Below are positions 35,437 to 47,719 of a DNA stretch of 64,000 nucleotides, piece by piece (position 1 is the first letter of the stretch; every line of letters begins with the position of its first letter). This DNA comes from Basidiobolus meristosporus CBS 931.73 (taxonomy: Eukaryota; Fungi; Basidiobolomycota), in NCBI GenBank assembly GCA_002104905.1, contig MCFE01000049.1:62001-126000 (forward strand), read 5' to 3'. Under the pieces are notes generated by a model. The model did no database searches and was not told the DNA's origin. It saw nothing but the letters and a program-made list of their open reading frames with translations. A program made the translations under genes and the position numbers.

Positions 35437-36473
35437 GTGCACTCCATCTTGTCATACTTCTGAACAAATCCATTGGATTAGCTATATACATGAGTGAGGC
35501 ATGATCAGTCTTCATGATGCACTTGACTCCTTCAATGTAGCATCACCAGGTCTTCAAGCAGTGAAGTTGTGGCAAGCATCTCCTTCTCATGCACTGGATA
35601 GTTCTGTTCAGCTGAGTTCAGTTTCTTGGATTCAGATGAAACTGTATAGTCCTGTTTTCATGATCTTGGCTCAGTACCCCAGCAATTACTTAATCTGATG
35701 CATCAGTTCATAGAGTAAACTCTTCTCTGAAGTCATGTATTCTTAAGCTTGGAAGCCTGGGAAGTTCATTCTTGAGAGTCAGAAAGGCAATCTCACAGGC
35801 TACATCCTAACACTTGTAGGTCTTGTCTTTCTTGATGATATCAGTCAAAGAGGCTGCAATACTTGCAAAGGACTAGACAAATCTCCAATAGTAGGAAATC
35901 ATCCCAAGGATTGATCTGAGTTCTGATATTATATGGGACTGCTTTGGTCTCTTGATGACTTCAGACTACTGGGGGTCTAAATTCACTCATGTGCTACTCA
36001 CTGTATCCCCCAGATACTCAATGTATTCCTTCAAGAGTTCACACTTTGCTACCTTGCCATATAGCTTGTTCTCTCTTAGCATCTTCTAGACCGTTTGAAT
36101 GTGCACCAGGTAGTCCTCTTCTGTCTCGCTGAATATAAATATGTCTTCTAGGTAGTTTATCACCAACATGTCTAAGTACTCCTTGAAGATGGTTTGCATC
36201 AAGGTCATAAATGTTGCAGCAGTATTGGTGTTGCATCAACTCATGACTGAGGACTTGTAATATCCATATATGGTCCTAAATGCTGTCCTAGGGATATCTT
36301 CTGGTTTCACTCTAATCTGGTTGTATCCTGACATGAGATCAATGTTGCTGAATATGGTGGCTCCATTGAGTTGGTCCAAAAGCTCATCAATCTAAGATAT
36401 TGGGTACTTATTCTTGACAGTAATGGAGTTAAGGGCTTGGTAGTCAATGCTCATCTTAGGTGTCTGATCCTTC

Positions 36474-37532
36474 TGTTGTGTTGTATTATGATTAGTGGAG
36501 CTTTTCCTACAATGTAGAGACTAATCAACAATAACAACAACTTTCAGTATGCTAATATTGAAATAGTTTACTGAGAGTCTGATATACCAACAGAAGATAT
36601 AACTTTCACTAATATCTTCAATCTTAGGCTCAAAATAAACTATGGGCAGTGTTTGTCTCTTCTACAGCAGTGTTTTGACCTTCTGTTGATTCATGGGTTT
36701 ATTTACTTTTATAATAACTTTTCCTTATTTGGAAGTCCCTTTCCTCTCTGAGAAAATAATTCCTAATATGCAAATTCTGAACTCCCCTTTAACCTAAAGG
36801 GGTGTGTTGTAGAAGTCTCTAAAGGGGTCTTTAGAGTAAAGGTGTTTCTTAGAGATGACTTTTCCAACAGAAAAGTGGTAGTTTCTTGTAGAACTTAGAT
36901 TGGATTCTTGTGCGCTTTGCAGTCTCTTTACTGATGTAGTACTGATCAAAGTCAGAATACCCAACAGTGGAGGTAATGCAGGGGAAGTCTTATAACCTTT
37001 TAACTTGTAATTGTAGTGTGGAGATTCTGGAAAGAGAGGCTCTCCTTTACTTTTCAGCTGGGGAAGTCATATATATGAAATTTCTGAAGGATCAAAGTTT
37101 TTGGGCAATTGTGCAAGCAATACACAGGATGCAAAGCTAAAATTTTGCAGTGGTGCAGTATGGACATAGGCACATCCCCTGTCAAAGTTTACATGATTTG
37201 ATTGGCTGGTTTGAAAGTTACACGTGATCAAAGTCACTATGGTAATCTTAGCTATAGAGACTTAGTATATATAATAATTGGACTCTTTTGGTCATAACTG
37301 CTTAAGTACTGCTTCAAATGAGCTGTAATTTGAAACATGTATTGGCCACTGCATGCTCTGTATGATTTAATACTCTTAGGTGGATTGCTTGTCAGGGTCT
37401 GGAGTATTTGTCCTTCAAAGTTGTAATTTCTTGATCTTTCACTTGTGTTACAATAGCAAAAAGTAAAATAAAGAAATGAGTGCAATATTGGTTTTGAGGT
37501 ATTGTAGTAATGGAGTACTTTCCATTACCACA
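36474..37532. mobile_element. Candidate long solo LTR (1059 bp) inserted in Gypsy RT
   Basis: TG...CA termini, 4-bp TSD CTTC on both sides; the Gypsy RT sequence resumes correctly across it. Confidence 0.6.
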
Positions 37533-40500
37533 CTTCTTCTTTGCAAAAAGCACTGGTACTCCTCAAGTTGGCCTGCTGGGTCTGATATTTCCTTGCTCCA
37601 ATGACTGAATTATATATCTCTTCAACTCATCCAACTCCAATGGACTCATTATGTGGGTGTCTTGCTCACTGGAGGGCTGTCTCCTGTGTCAATGACATGA
37701 TCCATGTCTCTGGCTGGTGGTAGGCTTACAGGTTTGTCTGAAAACATGCCTGAATATTACTTCAAAAAAGTCTGGACCTTATGGGGAGCTGTTGTAGAGG
37801 AATTCTCCAGTAATACCACCATCAGGAACAACTGGGCTCCTATCCTATGTGCTCTGCATCAATGTGGCTTGTGAAGCTCACTTGTGTCACATATACTGGA
37901 ATTGACCAAGTTGAAATCCAATCTGGCAGGTAATAGCTTGTAGGTCTTGTTGTCTAAGTGAATTTGAGTAGCATGGGTTCTACAGCTGATTGATGGGTTA
38001 CAACAGTATAGTTAGGTCTATTCAAGTTCAAGGTCAAGCTTGCAGTTTCCAAATAGATATGCCTGTATGATATCTTCATAGTAATTGATGTTTATTTTTG
38101 CTGGCTGAGTAATAAGGTTAATTATGTGAGAGTTCCCACCAGCTGTTGAAACTGAAGTTGATTTTGTGGGCTTCAAGTTGATTCCAGCTTTTAAGGGAAA
38201 TTGCTCAGACATGTACGCATGTGATGCTCCTGAGACACTCATCATCTTGACAGGTACTCCATTGCTTGCTCCATTCAAATATTATGGCTTTCCTGAGTTT
38301 GATGTCATTTGGGGCAATTACTATTCTATAATATGGAAGGTGAGTTCTGAGTCTGCTTAAAGTTCATCCTCCATGTTACTATGCTCATGGGCTTCAATGT
38401 TTTTGAAGGTTCTTTTTTACTGCTGTCCATTTCTCCTCTGAGGGCTGTATTTTGGGATATGCCCTTACTGGTGGCAATTACAAAAAAGTCCTTTCTTCTT
38501 GCATTCTACTGAGGTAGGATTCATCTGCATAGCATCAATTTCCATTGGCACAGCTTCTGATTGTCTTTTTTCATAGCTATTGTAGCCTTTCTGATTAGTC
38601 ACTGTAGGCTTGCCATCTTCAGACATAGCCAAGTAATAGTTAAAGACAATCTTAATGGCTTCTTCAAAAGTCTGAGGTCTTCAAAAATTCACTTCCTTAC
38701 AAGTTCTTTCTTTTAACCCATCAATTGAGTATTCAACCTGATCAAGGGGGTCCATTCTTTTGACTTTTCCAAGTAGGCATACATACTCCTAGGTATATTC
38801 TTGAACCATTCCTTTCTGCTGGAGTGTCTACAGCTTCCTTCTTAGTAGTGTCTGCCAGTGGGGAGGTTCAAAGGCATCTTGAATTTCCAACACAAACTCA
38901 TTGCTGGCCAAGACAGTTGAGCATACAATTATAGTGGCTGACCTGATCTTGTTGTGGTACCACTGTAAGGCTGAATTGGCCATGTAAGAGGCCTCATTAT
39001 GTAATTTGCTTTTTGAGGCAATGCCTTTAGCCTCAAAAGCTGCTTCAATCCAAAAGAGCCAAGTTGCCAGGTTCTCATTGACTCTACTATGGTACTGCTT
39101 GATCTGCACAATAAAGTTGTTCTTGACAGGGCTTTGCTGGTTCTGCATCATGGTGGTCATACCTTGTTGCTGCTGGATGAGAATATGGAGTAATTGTTGC
39201 TTCTGGGCCAGGATTTGCTGAATAACATTCTCTCATTCTTGATTTTCTGACATCTTGAGGGAGGCTTCTGGTGATTGCTGCTACCAATGTTAAAAGTCTT
39301 GATATAAGAGTTGTAGAGGAAAACAGAGTTTAGCTTGTGCTGTATTCACTGAAGCTTGAACTGATTTTTATTTGAGCTCCAGTAGCACTGTACATACATT
39401 TTGCCAGATCAATTGCAGACTAGTTGTATTTCCTAATGTGGGTTGTGGCTGATCACTCATTTTAATGCATCATCATCACCCAATTAGATCCTACTTAATA
39501 TTTCTATTTCTGCATGATAACAATCTGCCAACTGCTTTGTTGACTAATAAAATTTACTCTATAGATAGTACCAATCTGGTGTTAGGTTAAACATCAAAGT
39601 AGCTGATTTGACTAAAAACTGCTCTAACTTAAATATTCATGTAATGATCATAACATACACTGCCAACACCTGAGATAACAGCTTTTGTCTTGTTGGTAAT
39701 TCTTCTTGGCTATAATGGGATTCAGTCTGCTCTGGGCTAATGGCACTAATTGGTGAGAACTGCAGCTTTTTTCTCGCACTTCCCTGTCTCTGGCTTGGGA
39801 AATCTTTTTTCTTTACCTTTACCTTCATCACTGCCAAGTCTTTCACTCCTACTTTGACTGAGTGCCTCTTGTATTGTATCCTGCTATCTCCTTGATCAAT
39901 GCCACACTGATGAATCTGTTCTTGTCTGCTTTCCCTTGTTAGTACTTGCCCAGCAACCTGACTTATCTTTGCTGCTTGCTTAGAACTATGGGCCCTGCTT
40001 GTGACAGGCTGCTGGGAAAGTCACAGATTCTTATCACTGTGAAGTCCTTTACTAATACTGTGACTAAGTTTGTATTGTATTGTAATTTGCTTTCTCTTTG
40101 ATGAATACTGAACTGGTGCATCCATTTTTTACTTGCTTGCCCCTTGCTGGCACTTTATTGGTAACCCAACTCCTGTTTGCTGCTTGTTAGGAACTTCCAG
40201 CCCTGCTTGTAACCAGCTCCTGAAAAAGCTGCAAATTGTTATCACTGTCAGGACCTTCAATGCTACTTTGACTAAGTCCTTCTTGTATTGAATCATGTTT
40301 TCTCCTGGATAAATGTTACACTGATGCATCTGCATCTGCCTGCCTATCCCTTACTGGCACTCTTCTTGCTACCTGACATTTTTTTCCCACTTGTTTGGAG
40401 ATTTTAGCCCTGCTTGTGACAAGCTCTTTACAAAGCTGTTGATTTTTAGCCATAGCACTCTTATACTACTGCCTTAAATAGTTTCTGCTATTCTGGAGAT

Positions 40501-43460
40501 ACTTTTCTAGCTTACCAATGCTAGCCCAAAATTTGTTTGCTTGCTTGAATTGTGGATTATGCCCATGGAACAGCTCAAGCGCATTGTGCTTGGCCTTGAG
40601 CTCATGATGGTCCCATGGTATACTGGCCTTAAGATGATGCCATGCTAGAGATCTAATGGCATCCTGAATAACAGCCCACTTGTCATCATTGCACCCAATG
40701 GCTTCATGGTGCTTCAAGGTCTTTACCTTTTTAGGTTTGGTATTAACACCATAATCTCTCCCTTCCATGCTGTGGTAAGTTTTTCTGTGAGCTTTATCTT
40801 GAGGCACTATTGTTGGGCTTCAAAGACTGTGAGGTGCTCCTCTGCTGGTACATTGGGAAGTGGCTCAATTCCTTGCAGTGAAATTGAGCTACTTGAGTTC
40901 CTTCTTTGCAGCAAAGATACTGCATTCACTATCTGGAATTTGAATGCTCTACAAATATTTTCTTTTTATCCTGTTTCTGGACTATTTCTTGATTCCTCTG
41001 TGCAGTTGCATCTGTCCTATTAGGCACTGTACTTAATTTCCTCATTAGTGCTTTGGTATGAGCTGACAGAATACTTGCTAACACAGGTGGTTGTGATGTT
41101 ATGACTGCCACTTCTGATCTTCACCAAAGGACTGCGTTGCTACATTCCCAGCTATCTGAGCCATATGGTAAGCTTGTGGCTCTGCAGAGATTCTCATTTA
41201 TCTTTTTGACTGAGAGCCTGAGGATGACTATTTGGTATCATTCTGCAGCTAGAAGTTTACTTAACAGTTCTGAACTAGTCTTGGTCACTGTGGGACTAAC
41301 TTACAGCTCTAAATTTGCCACTTACCTTAGATCTACCATCTGATGACTATTCCCCCATAGTCAGGATCAAATTAGCACTAATGCTAATTATTATATATTA
41401 ACCCCAAAACTGCTAAAGAATGCTCCTAGATATTGAGAAACCCTTCTTACTTAGTGTTACAGCTGTATTACTTCTACAAAGGTATAAATACTGAGCTTCT
41501 TTACTAATAAATAGCAGTTTAACTATCATCACTGTTTCTTGATAAGTTCCTTATATCCAAATCACTTCTTAAATTGCAACATGTTATGAGCCCTGATTGC
41601 CTTAATCTATTCTAAAGATGACTTCTACCAGCAAACAGAAAAACACAATAAAACTTCCCTGTAAAGGAGAGGTTTGATGGAAAGAACTACAGGCTTTGGA
41701 GATTCAAGATGCAGATCCACCTTGAGGAAAGGAAGCATTGAAATATAGTAACAGGAAAAGAGGTTAAGCCCAATGGAACAGCAGAAGCAGTGGAGAAGTT
41801 TCAAGAGAAGGAGAGAAAGGCCTTTAGTGCCATATGTTACAATGTGCAAGATTCCTTCATTGGACAAATCCATGCCTCAAATACTGCCAAAGCAGCATGG
41901 GAATCCTTAGAGAAGATCTTCAGAGCAAAGTCAGTATCAAGCAAGCTTTATTTAAAACAAAAGTTCTTCAACATGAGGGAGAAGCCAGTTGATGACATGC
42001 TACAACTCTTTACCAAAGTGGAGACACTTGCAGAAGAACTTTACAGTATTAATGCCGGCATAGATGATGAAGAAAAGATACTCTGTCTGCTTTGCAGCCT
42101 ACTAGACAAGTATGAGCCACTCATACTTTCCTTCAAAAGCAGAGAAGACAATTTGACTTTAGACTTTATCAATGGAAGACTTTTCCATGAAGATCTCAGA
42201 CGTAATGATCAAGCAGAGAAAATAAAAAATAATGCTTTATTCAGTTCAGAAAGGCACTCAGAAAAGAAGGGAAAGCAACAAAATTAAAGAAAACCTGGTT
42301 GCTGCAACTATTGTAAAATACCAGGACACTGGGCCAGAGAATGTAAGAAGAAACAAGCAGACAAAAAATAGAAACTAGTGCAGGCAAACCATATAACTAC
42401 TGATGAACAGTTATTTGTAACCGTACAAGAGAGTGCAAGTAACCAAAGTAATAAATGGTATATTGACTCTGGAGCCTCACAGCATATTTGTGGTATAAAG
42501 GAGTGGTTCAGCAACTTACAGACTATTCCCATAAGAAAGGTTTATCTTGGAGATAACTCTGCTGTGGAAGCTACTGCAAGTGGGTCTATACAACTAATTA
42601 TAAGTGATAGCTCAGGGGCAACAACAGCAAGACTCACTGATATACTGTATGTACCTAGAATAGCTAAGTACCTACTCTCAGTCAGTAAAGCAACTGTTCA
42701 GGGACTAAAATTTTTTTACTAAGATGAGCTGCTCAATATTGAGTGAGAATGGACAAAAATTAGCTCTGGAAATCAGAGACCACAATATATACAAGTTACA
42801 ATGCAAGATCACTGTACTTGAGTATGTCAGCATTGCTGAAACTGATGAAACCAACTGGGAGACGTGGCATAGCAGGCTAGGACACATTGTAGAATATAAA
42901 ATGAGCCAATTGGTAAAAGATCAGTTTGTTTGGGCCTAAAATACTCAATTCCAATCAAATTGAATGTTTGTAATGGATGTTCATATGGCAAACAAGCCAG
43001 GCAATGTTTCAAGAGCTCAGAAGGCATCAATACCTCCAAAATATTGGCTATTGCACACTCAGACATATGTAGCCCCATGAGAACACTGTCCTTTGGAGCC
43101 AAGAGATACTTTATGATGTTTATTGATGACAAAACAAGATATACATGGGTGTACTTCCTCAAAACAAAGGATGAAGCTTTAGAGACGTTTAAGCACTTCA
43201 AGAACATGGCAGAAACACAAACTGGGTGTAAATTGAAGGTACCACAAAGTGACAATGGAGGAGAATACTGCTCAAAGGTGTTTGCAAAATACTGCTTGTC
43301 TGCTGGTATACTTCAACAGCCCACAGTTCCTCATACTCCACAGCACAATGGAATAGCAGAATGTGCAAATAGAACAATAGTAGAGATGGGAAGATTTATG
43401 CTACATGACAAGGGAATGAACTACAAGTTTTGGGCTGAATCTGTTGCTACTGCAGTATAC

Positions 43461-44565
43461 TGTTGCAATTTAAGAAGTGATTTGGATATAAGGAACTTAT
43501 CAAGAAATACGATAATAGTTGAACTGTTGGTAATTCATAAAGAGGTTGAGTATTTATACCCTTGTAGAAGTAATACAGCTGCAACACTAAGTAGGGAGGG
43601 TTTCTCAATATTCAGGAGCATTCTGTAACAGTTTCAGGGTTAGTACATAATAGACTTGTTCCGTTGGATAGTGCCACATTGAGCCATGAGTGCCAAATGA
43701 TGCCATAGTGTGCCAGAGAGGCCATGTGAGCCTCTACCTGGCCACAGAGTGTGAAACATAGCTCCGCATCTTCATGCAAAGCAGCCCCTGTGTTTCACCC
43801 ATTGTGCTGGAGAAAATCCATTTTTTGACCTTTTTTTTTGGATCAATGTTGTGCAGGATGTGTTAGAGCACAAGCAGATTGAAGAGATGCATCTGGTACT
43901 CAATACCCATGGCACTCTGAATCTAGCTCCTGTAGCTTGCATCATGTCACAAAAATGAATGGCACTATCTTGGTCCACTGGTACTATCTGGCACTATAAG
44001 TGCTTTGTATAGATCTTACTTTAGGGCTAATATTTAAATATAGTGCCAGATAGTACCAGTGGACCAAGATAGTGCCATTCATTTTTGTGACATGATACAA
44101 GCTACAGGAGCTAGATTCAGAGTGCCATGGGTATTGAGTACCAGATGCATATCTTCAGTTCTCCTGTGCTCTTACACATCCTGAGCTACATTGATCCACA
44201 AAAAAAGGTCAAAAAATGGATTTTCTCCTGCGCAATGGGTGAAACACAGGGGCTGCTTTGCATGAAGATGCGGAGCTATGTTTCACACTCTGTGGCCAGG
44301 TAGAGGCTCACTTTACCTCTCTGGCACACTATGGCATCATTTGGCACTCATGGCTCAATGTGGCACTATCCAATGAAACAAGTCTAATGTTTGGTAATAG
44401 TGCTAATTTGATCCTGACTATAGGGGAATAAGCATAAGATCATATATCTGGAGAAAGTGGCAAAGTTAAGGCAGTAAATGAGTCCTACAGTGACTAAGAC
44501 TAGCCTGGAATTGTTAAGTAAATTTTTAGCTGCTGAATGATACCAAATAGTCCGATATTTCAACA
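43461..44565 (-). mobile_element. Solo LTR-D inserted antisense into Copia D integrase; contains a MITE
   Basis: Perfect 5-bp TSD TATAC (43456-43460 and 44566-44570). Confidence 0.9.
43652..44385. mobile_element. 734-bp fold-back (hairpin) MITE related to the PHIS element
   Basis: ~345-bp inverted arms with a ~40-bp spacer; termini AGACTTGTTCC/GAAACAAGTCT; 3-bp TSD AAT. Confidence 0.92.
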
Positions 44566-46379
44566 TATACATCAAGAACAGATGCACAACAACAGCACTA
44601 CGTGATTCTGCACCTTTGAAGCATAAACAGGCAAAAATACCAGATCTCCAGCACCTCAAGATCTTTGGCGGTGATGTTATTTATCACATCCCTGACAAAA
44701 AATGCTCAAAGTTGGAACCAATGAGTAGGAAAGGGATCTTTCTTGGGTATTGTGATCATACTAAAGGGTATAAATGTATGATGGTAAAATTTAGAAGCTG
44801 ATCAAGAGCAGGGATGTTGTATTTGAGGAGAACTCAGATCAGAAAGCCACAGAAATCATTGGCCAGCTGCCTGATAGTGTAATCATTACTAATGAAGAAG
44901 ATAAGTACCAAATCTAGCCAGATATGGGGATACTTCTACCAGTTCCAGATCAGAACAGATAATCCCAGTTAGGAGATCTACCAGAATAAGAAATGCCCCT
45001 GGATCCTGGTGGCAGACATCCAATGATCATGAAGAAGCTTATCTTGCCTCATGTGCCAAACCTCAGAATCTGGAACAGTCAATGCAAAGTCCCAATGCTA
45101 CTATGTGGCAACAAGCCATGCAGGAGGGGTACCAATCACTGATCAAGGCAAAAACGTAGGAACTGGTAGATTTACCAAATGGGAGAAAGTCAATAGGATG
45201 TAGATGGGTCTATGAGGTCAAGATAACCTCAAATGGTGCTCTTGATAAGTACAATACTAAATTGGTGGCTAAAGGCTATTCCCAGATCCAGGGACTAGAC
45301 ATTCAGGAAACATTTGCTCTGGTTGCCAAGTTTAACTCCATTAGGACAGTTCTAGCCCTGGCAGCTATACACAGCTTAAATCTACACCAAATGGATGTCA
45401 AAAAAGCCTTTCTGAGTGGGGATTTTTAAGAAACTATACATATGGAGCAACCAGAAAGTTTTACCAATCCAAAAGACCCCCATATGGTGTGCAAAGTTAG
45501 AAAATGGTTGTACAGGCTTAAGCAGGCACCTAGAGCATGGTACAACAAAATTGACATATATCTAGAGGAAATTGGGTTCACTTGCAGCATTTCAGATCAC
45601 AGTATATATGTGAAACAGCTTAAAAAGGGTGTGATCATCCTAGTTCTTTATGTGGACAACCTAATTATAGCTATAAGTGGCCAAGAGGCACCTAAACAGA
45701 CAAAATCAGATCTCTTCAGCAAGTTTGAGATGAAAGATCTTGGAAAATTGAGCTCTTTTCGTGGAATTGAGGTCAAATTTGACATACCTATGCGGAAAAT
45801 TGTGCTGAAACAGTCTAAGTATATCAGGGACACTGTTAGATGCTTCAAAAAGGAAAATTGCAAACCTGCAGCTACCCCTAGTTTTAATTTAGATCAACCA
45901 ACATGTATTTACAAGGATAATAAAAGTTGTATTTCATTGGCTAGAAAGCCTACTAACCAAGCCAGAACCAAGCACATTGATATACAGCATCAATTTGTGA
46001 GGGAAGCTGTAGAAAATAACTTAGTAAAGTTGGTGTACTGCCAAACTAACAAAATGGTGGCAGATATATTGACAACACCACTAGCTAGCCAACAGTTTGA
46101 GAATCTCAGGGAGGAGTTTGGATTAAGAAATTATTTAGTTGAGGGGGAGTGTTCAAATATTGGACTATTTGGTATCATTCTGCAGCTAAAAATCTACTTA
46201 ACAATTCTGGACTAGTCTTGGTCACTGCGGGACTAATTTAGAGCTTTAACTTTGACACTTTCCTCAGATCTACAATCTTATGACTATTCCCCTATAGTCA
46301 GGATCAAATTAGCACTAATGCTAGCTATTATGCACTAACCCTGAAACTGCCACAGAATGCTCCTGAATATTGAGAAGCC

Positions 46380-46748
46380 TGTTGAAATATTGGACTATTT
46401 GGTATCATTCAGCAGCTAAAAATTTACTTAACAATTCTAGGCTAGTCTTAGTCATTGTAGGACTCATTTACTGCCTTAACTTTGCCACTTTCTCCAGATA
46501 TATGATCTTATGATTATTCCCCTATAGTCAGGATCAAATTAGCACTATTACCAAACATTATGTACTAACCCTGAAACTGTTACAGAATGCTCCTGAATAT
46601 TGAGAAACCCTCCCTACTTAGTGTTGCAGCTGTATTACTTCTACAAAGGTATAAATACTGAGCTTCTTTATGAATAAACAACAGTTCAACTATTATCACT
46701 TTTTCTTGATAAGTTCCTTATATCCAAATCACTTCTTAAATTGCAACA
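46380..46748 (+). mobile_element. Solo LTR-D inserted inside the 3' LTR of Copia D
   Basis: 369 bp, TG...CA; perfect 5-bp TSD AAGCC (46375-46379 and 46749-46753). Confidence 0.9.
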
Positions 46749-47719
46749 AAGCCCTCCATACTTAGTGTTACAGCTGTATTACTTCTACAAATATATAAAT
46801 ACTGAGATTCTTTACTAATAAACAACAGTTCAACTATTATCACTATCTCTTTATAGGTTCCTTATATCCAAATCACTTCTTAAATTGCAACAGTGGGGTC
46901 TGCATTAGTACCTTCAGTGGGCACAGTTTCACCATGGCCTTTTTTGTATGTGGCCTTGCTTGTTGCAGTCAATGTTAAAGCAAACTGTTGTCTAACTGCA
47001 CTTCTGCTGCTGTCAGCAGTGTGGTTACGTCTGGAACAAGACAACTTTGCTTGATTTTTGGCAGCATATATGTGGAAGTGGGACAGCTTAGAGGGGAAAT
47101 AGTGCTATATATACATGTGCATGTGGTGCAACAGCTTTATTTACAATGCTAACTATGGTGGGTCATCATTGACTCTTAGATTCATGTAGGTTCAACATCT
47201 CACACACAAGACTGTCTTTATCGTACATGAGTATTGATAAAAAGTGATTTAATAGCCTTATATTGTTGAGTTTCAAACTATTTGCCCCATGTTGACAACT
47301 ACTTTGATTCAACAACATAAAAAAAGAGAAAAAAGACCATGTGGTTAAAGTAGCAAGCATGTCAGTCATGAAGCACTCAGACAGCATAGAAAATATTACA
47401 AGGATTGCATACAGTGTCTGCTACATAAGTCCTACTTGACTATTATTCAGTCACTATTGTACCAACAACATCTTGCAAGCCACTTGATAGTTCTTGGTTG
47501 GCATCTTGATGTACCTGTCACCTTGAGTGAACTGAGTCAGGTGAGTTTGTGATGCCTTAGGCTCACCTCAGCCTTCTGAATATGGCATGCAGAGTGATAG
47601 CTCTGACAAAGAAGGTTCACTGAAGTATTGTGAGCCTATCTCCTCTGATAGCAGTACCTAGCATAAGACTGGTCAAATCCCATTAGTCATCACCCATTGA
47701 AACAAATGTCAAGAATACT

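Larger units (their letters stand above)
33915..39655 (-). mobile_element. Full-length but degenerate Gypsy C element (3' LTR 33915-34282; 5' LTR 39288-39655)
   Basis: PPT TAGTAGGGGAGAA and PBS TGGTAGCAGC on the minus strand; gag/pro/RT/IN fragments homologous to 59000-63133; approximate TSD TGCA/TACA. Confidence 0.88.
41226..46892 (+). mobile_element. Ty1/Copia family D, degenerate near-full-length copy (5' LTR ~41226-41581; 3' LTR 46150-46892)
   Basis: PBS TGTTATGAGCCC; gag; CNYCKIPGHWAREC knuckle; WYIDSGASQH protease; integrase; RT YVDNL; RNase H KHIDIQH; PPT GAGGGGGAG. Frameshifts and an RT/RH deletion. Confidence 0.9.
33480..47660 (-). mobile_element. Element X copy B in three pieces (33480-33914, 39656-41225, 46893-47660), split by a Gypsy and a Copia insertion
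   Basis: The pieces are collinear with copy A once the insertions are removed. ORF 40466-40807 (KWAVIQDAIRSLAWHHLKASIPWDH...FWASIGKLEKYLQNSRNY) is conserved with copy A. Confidence 0.6.
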
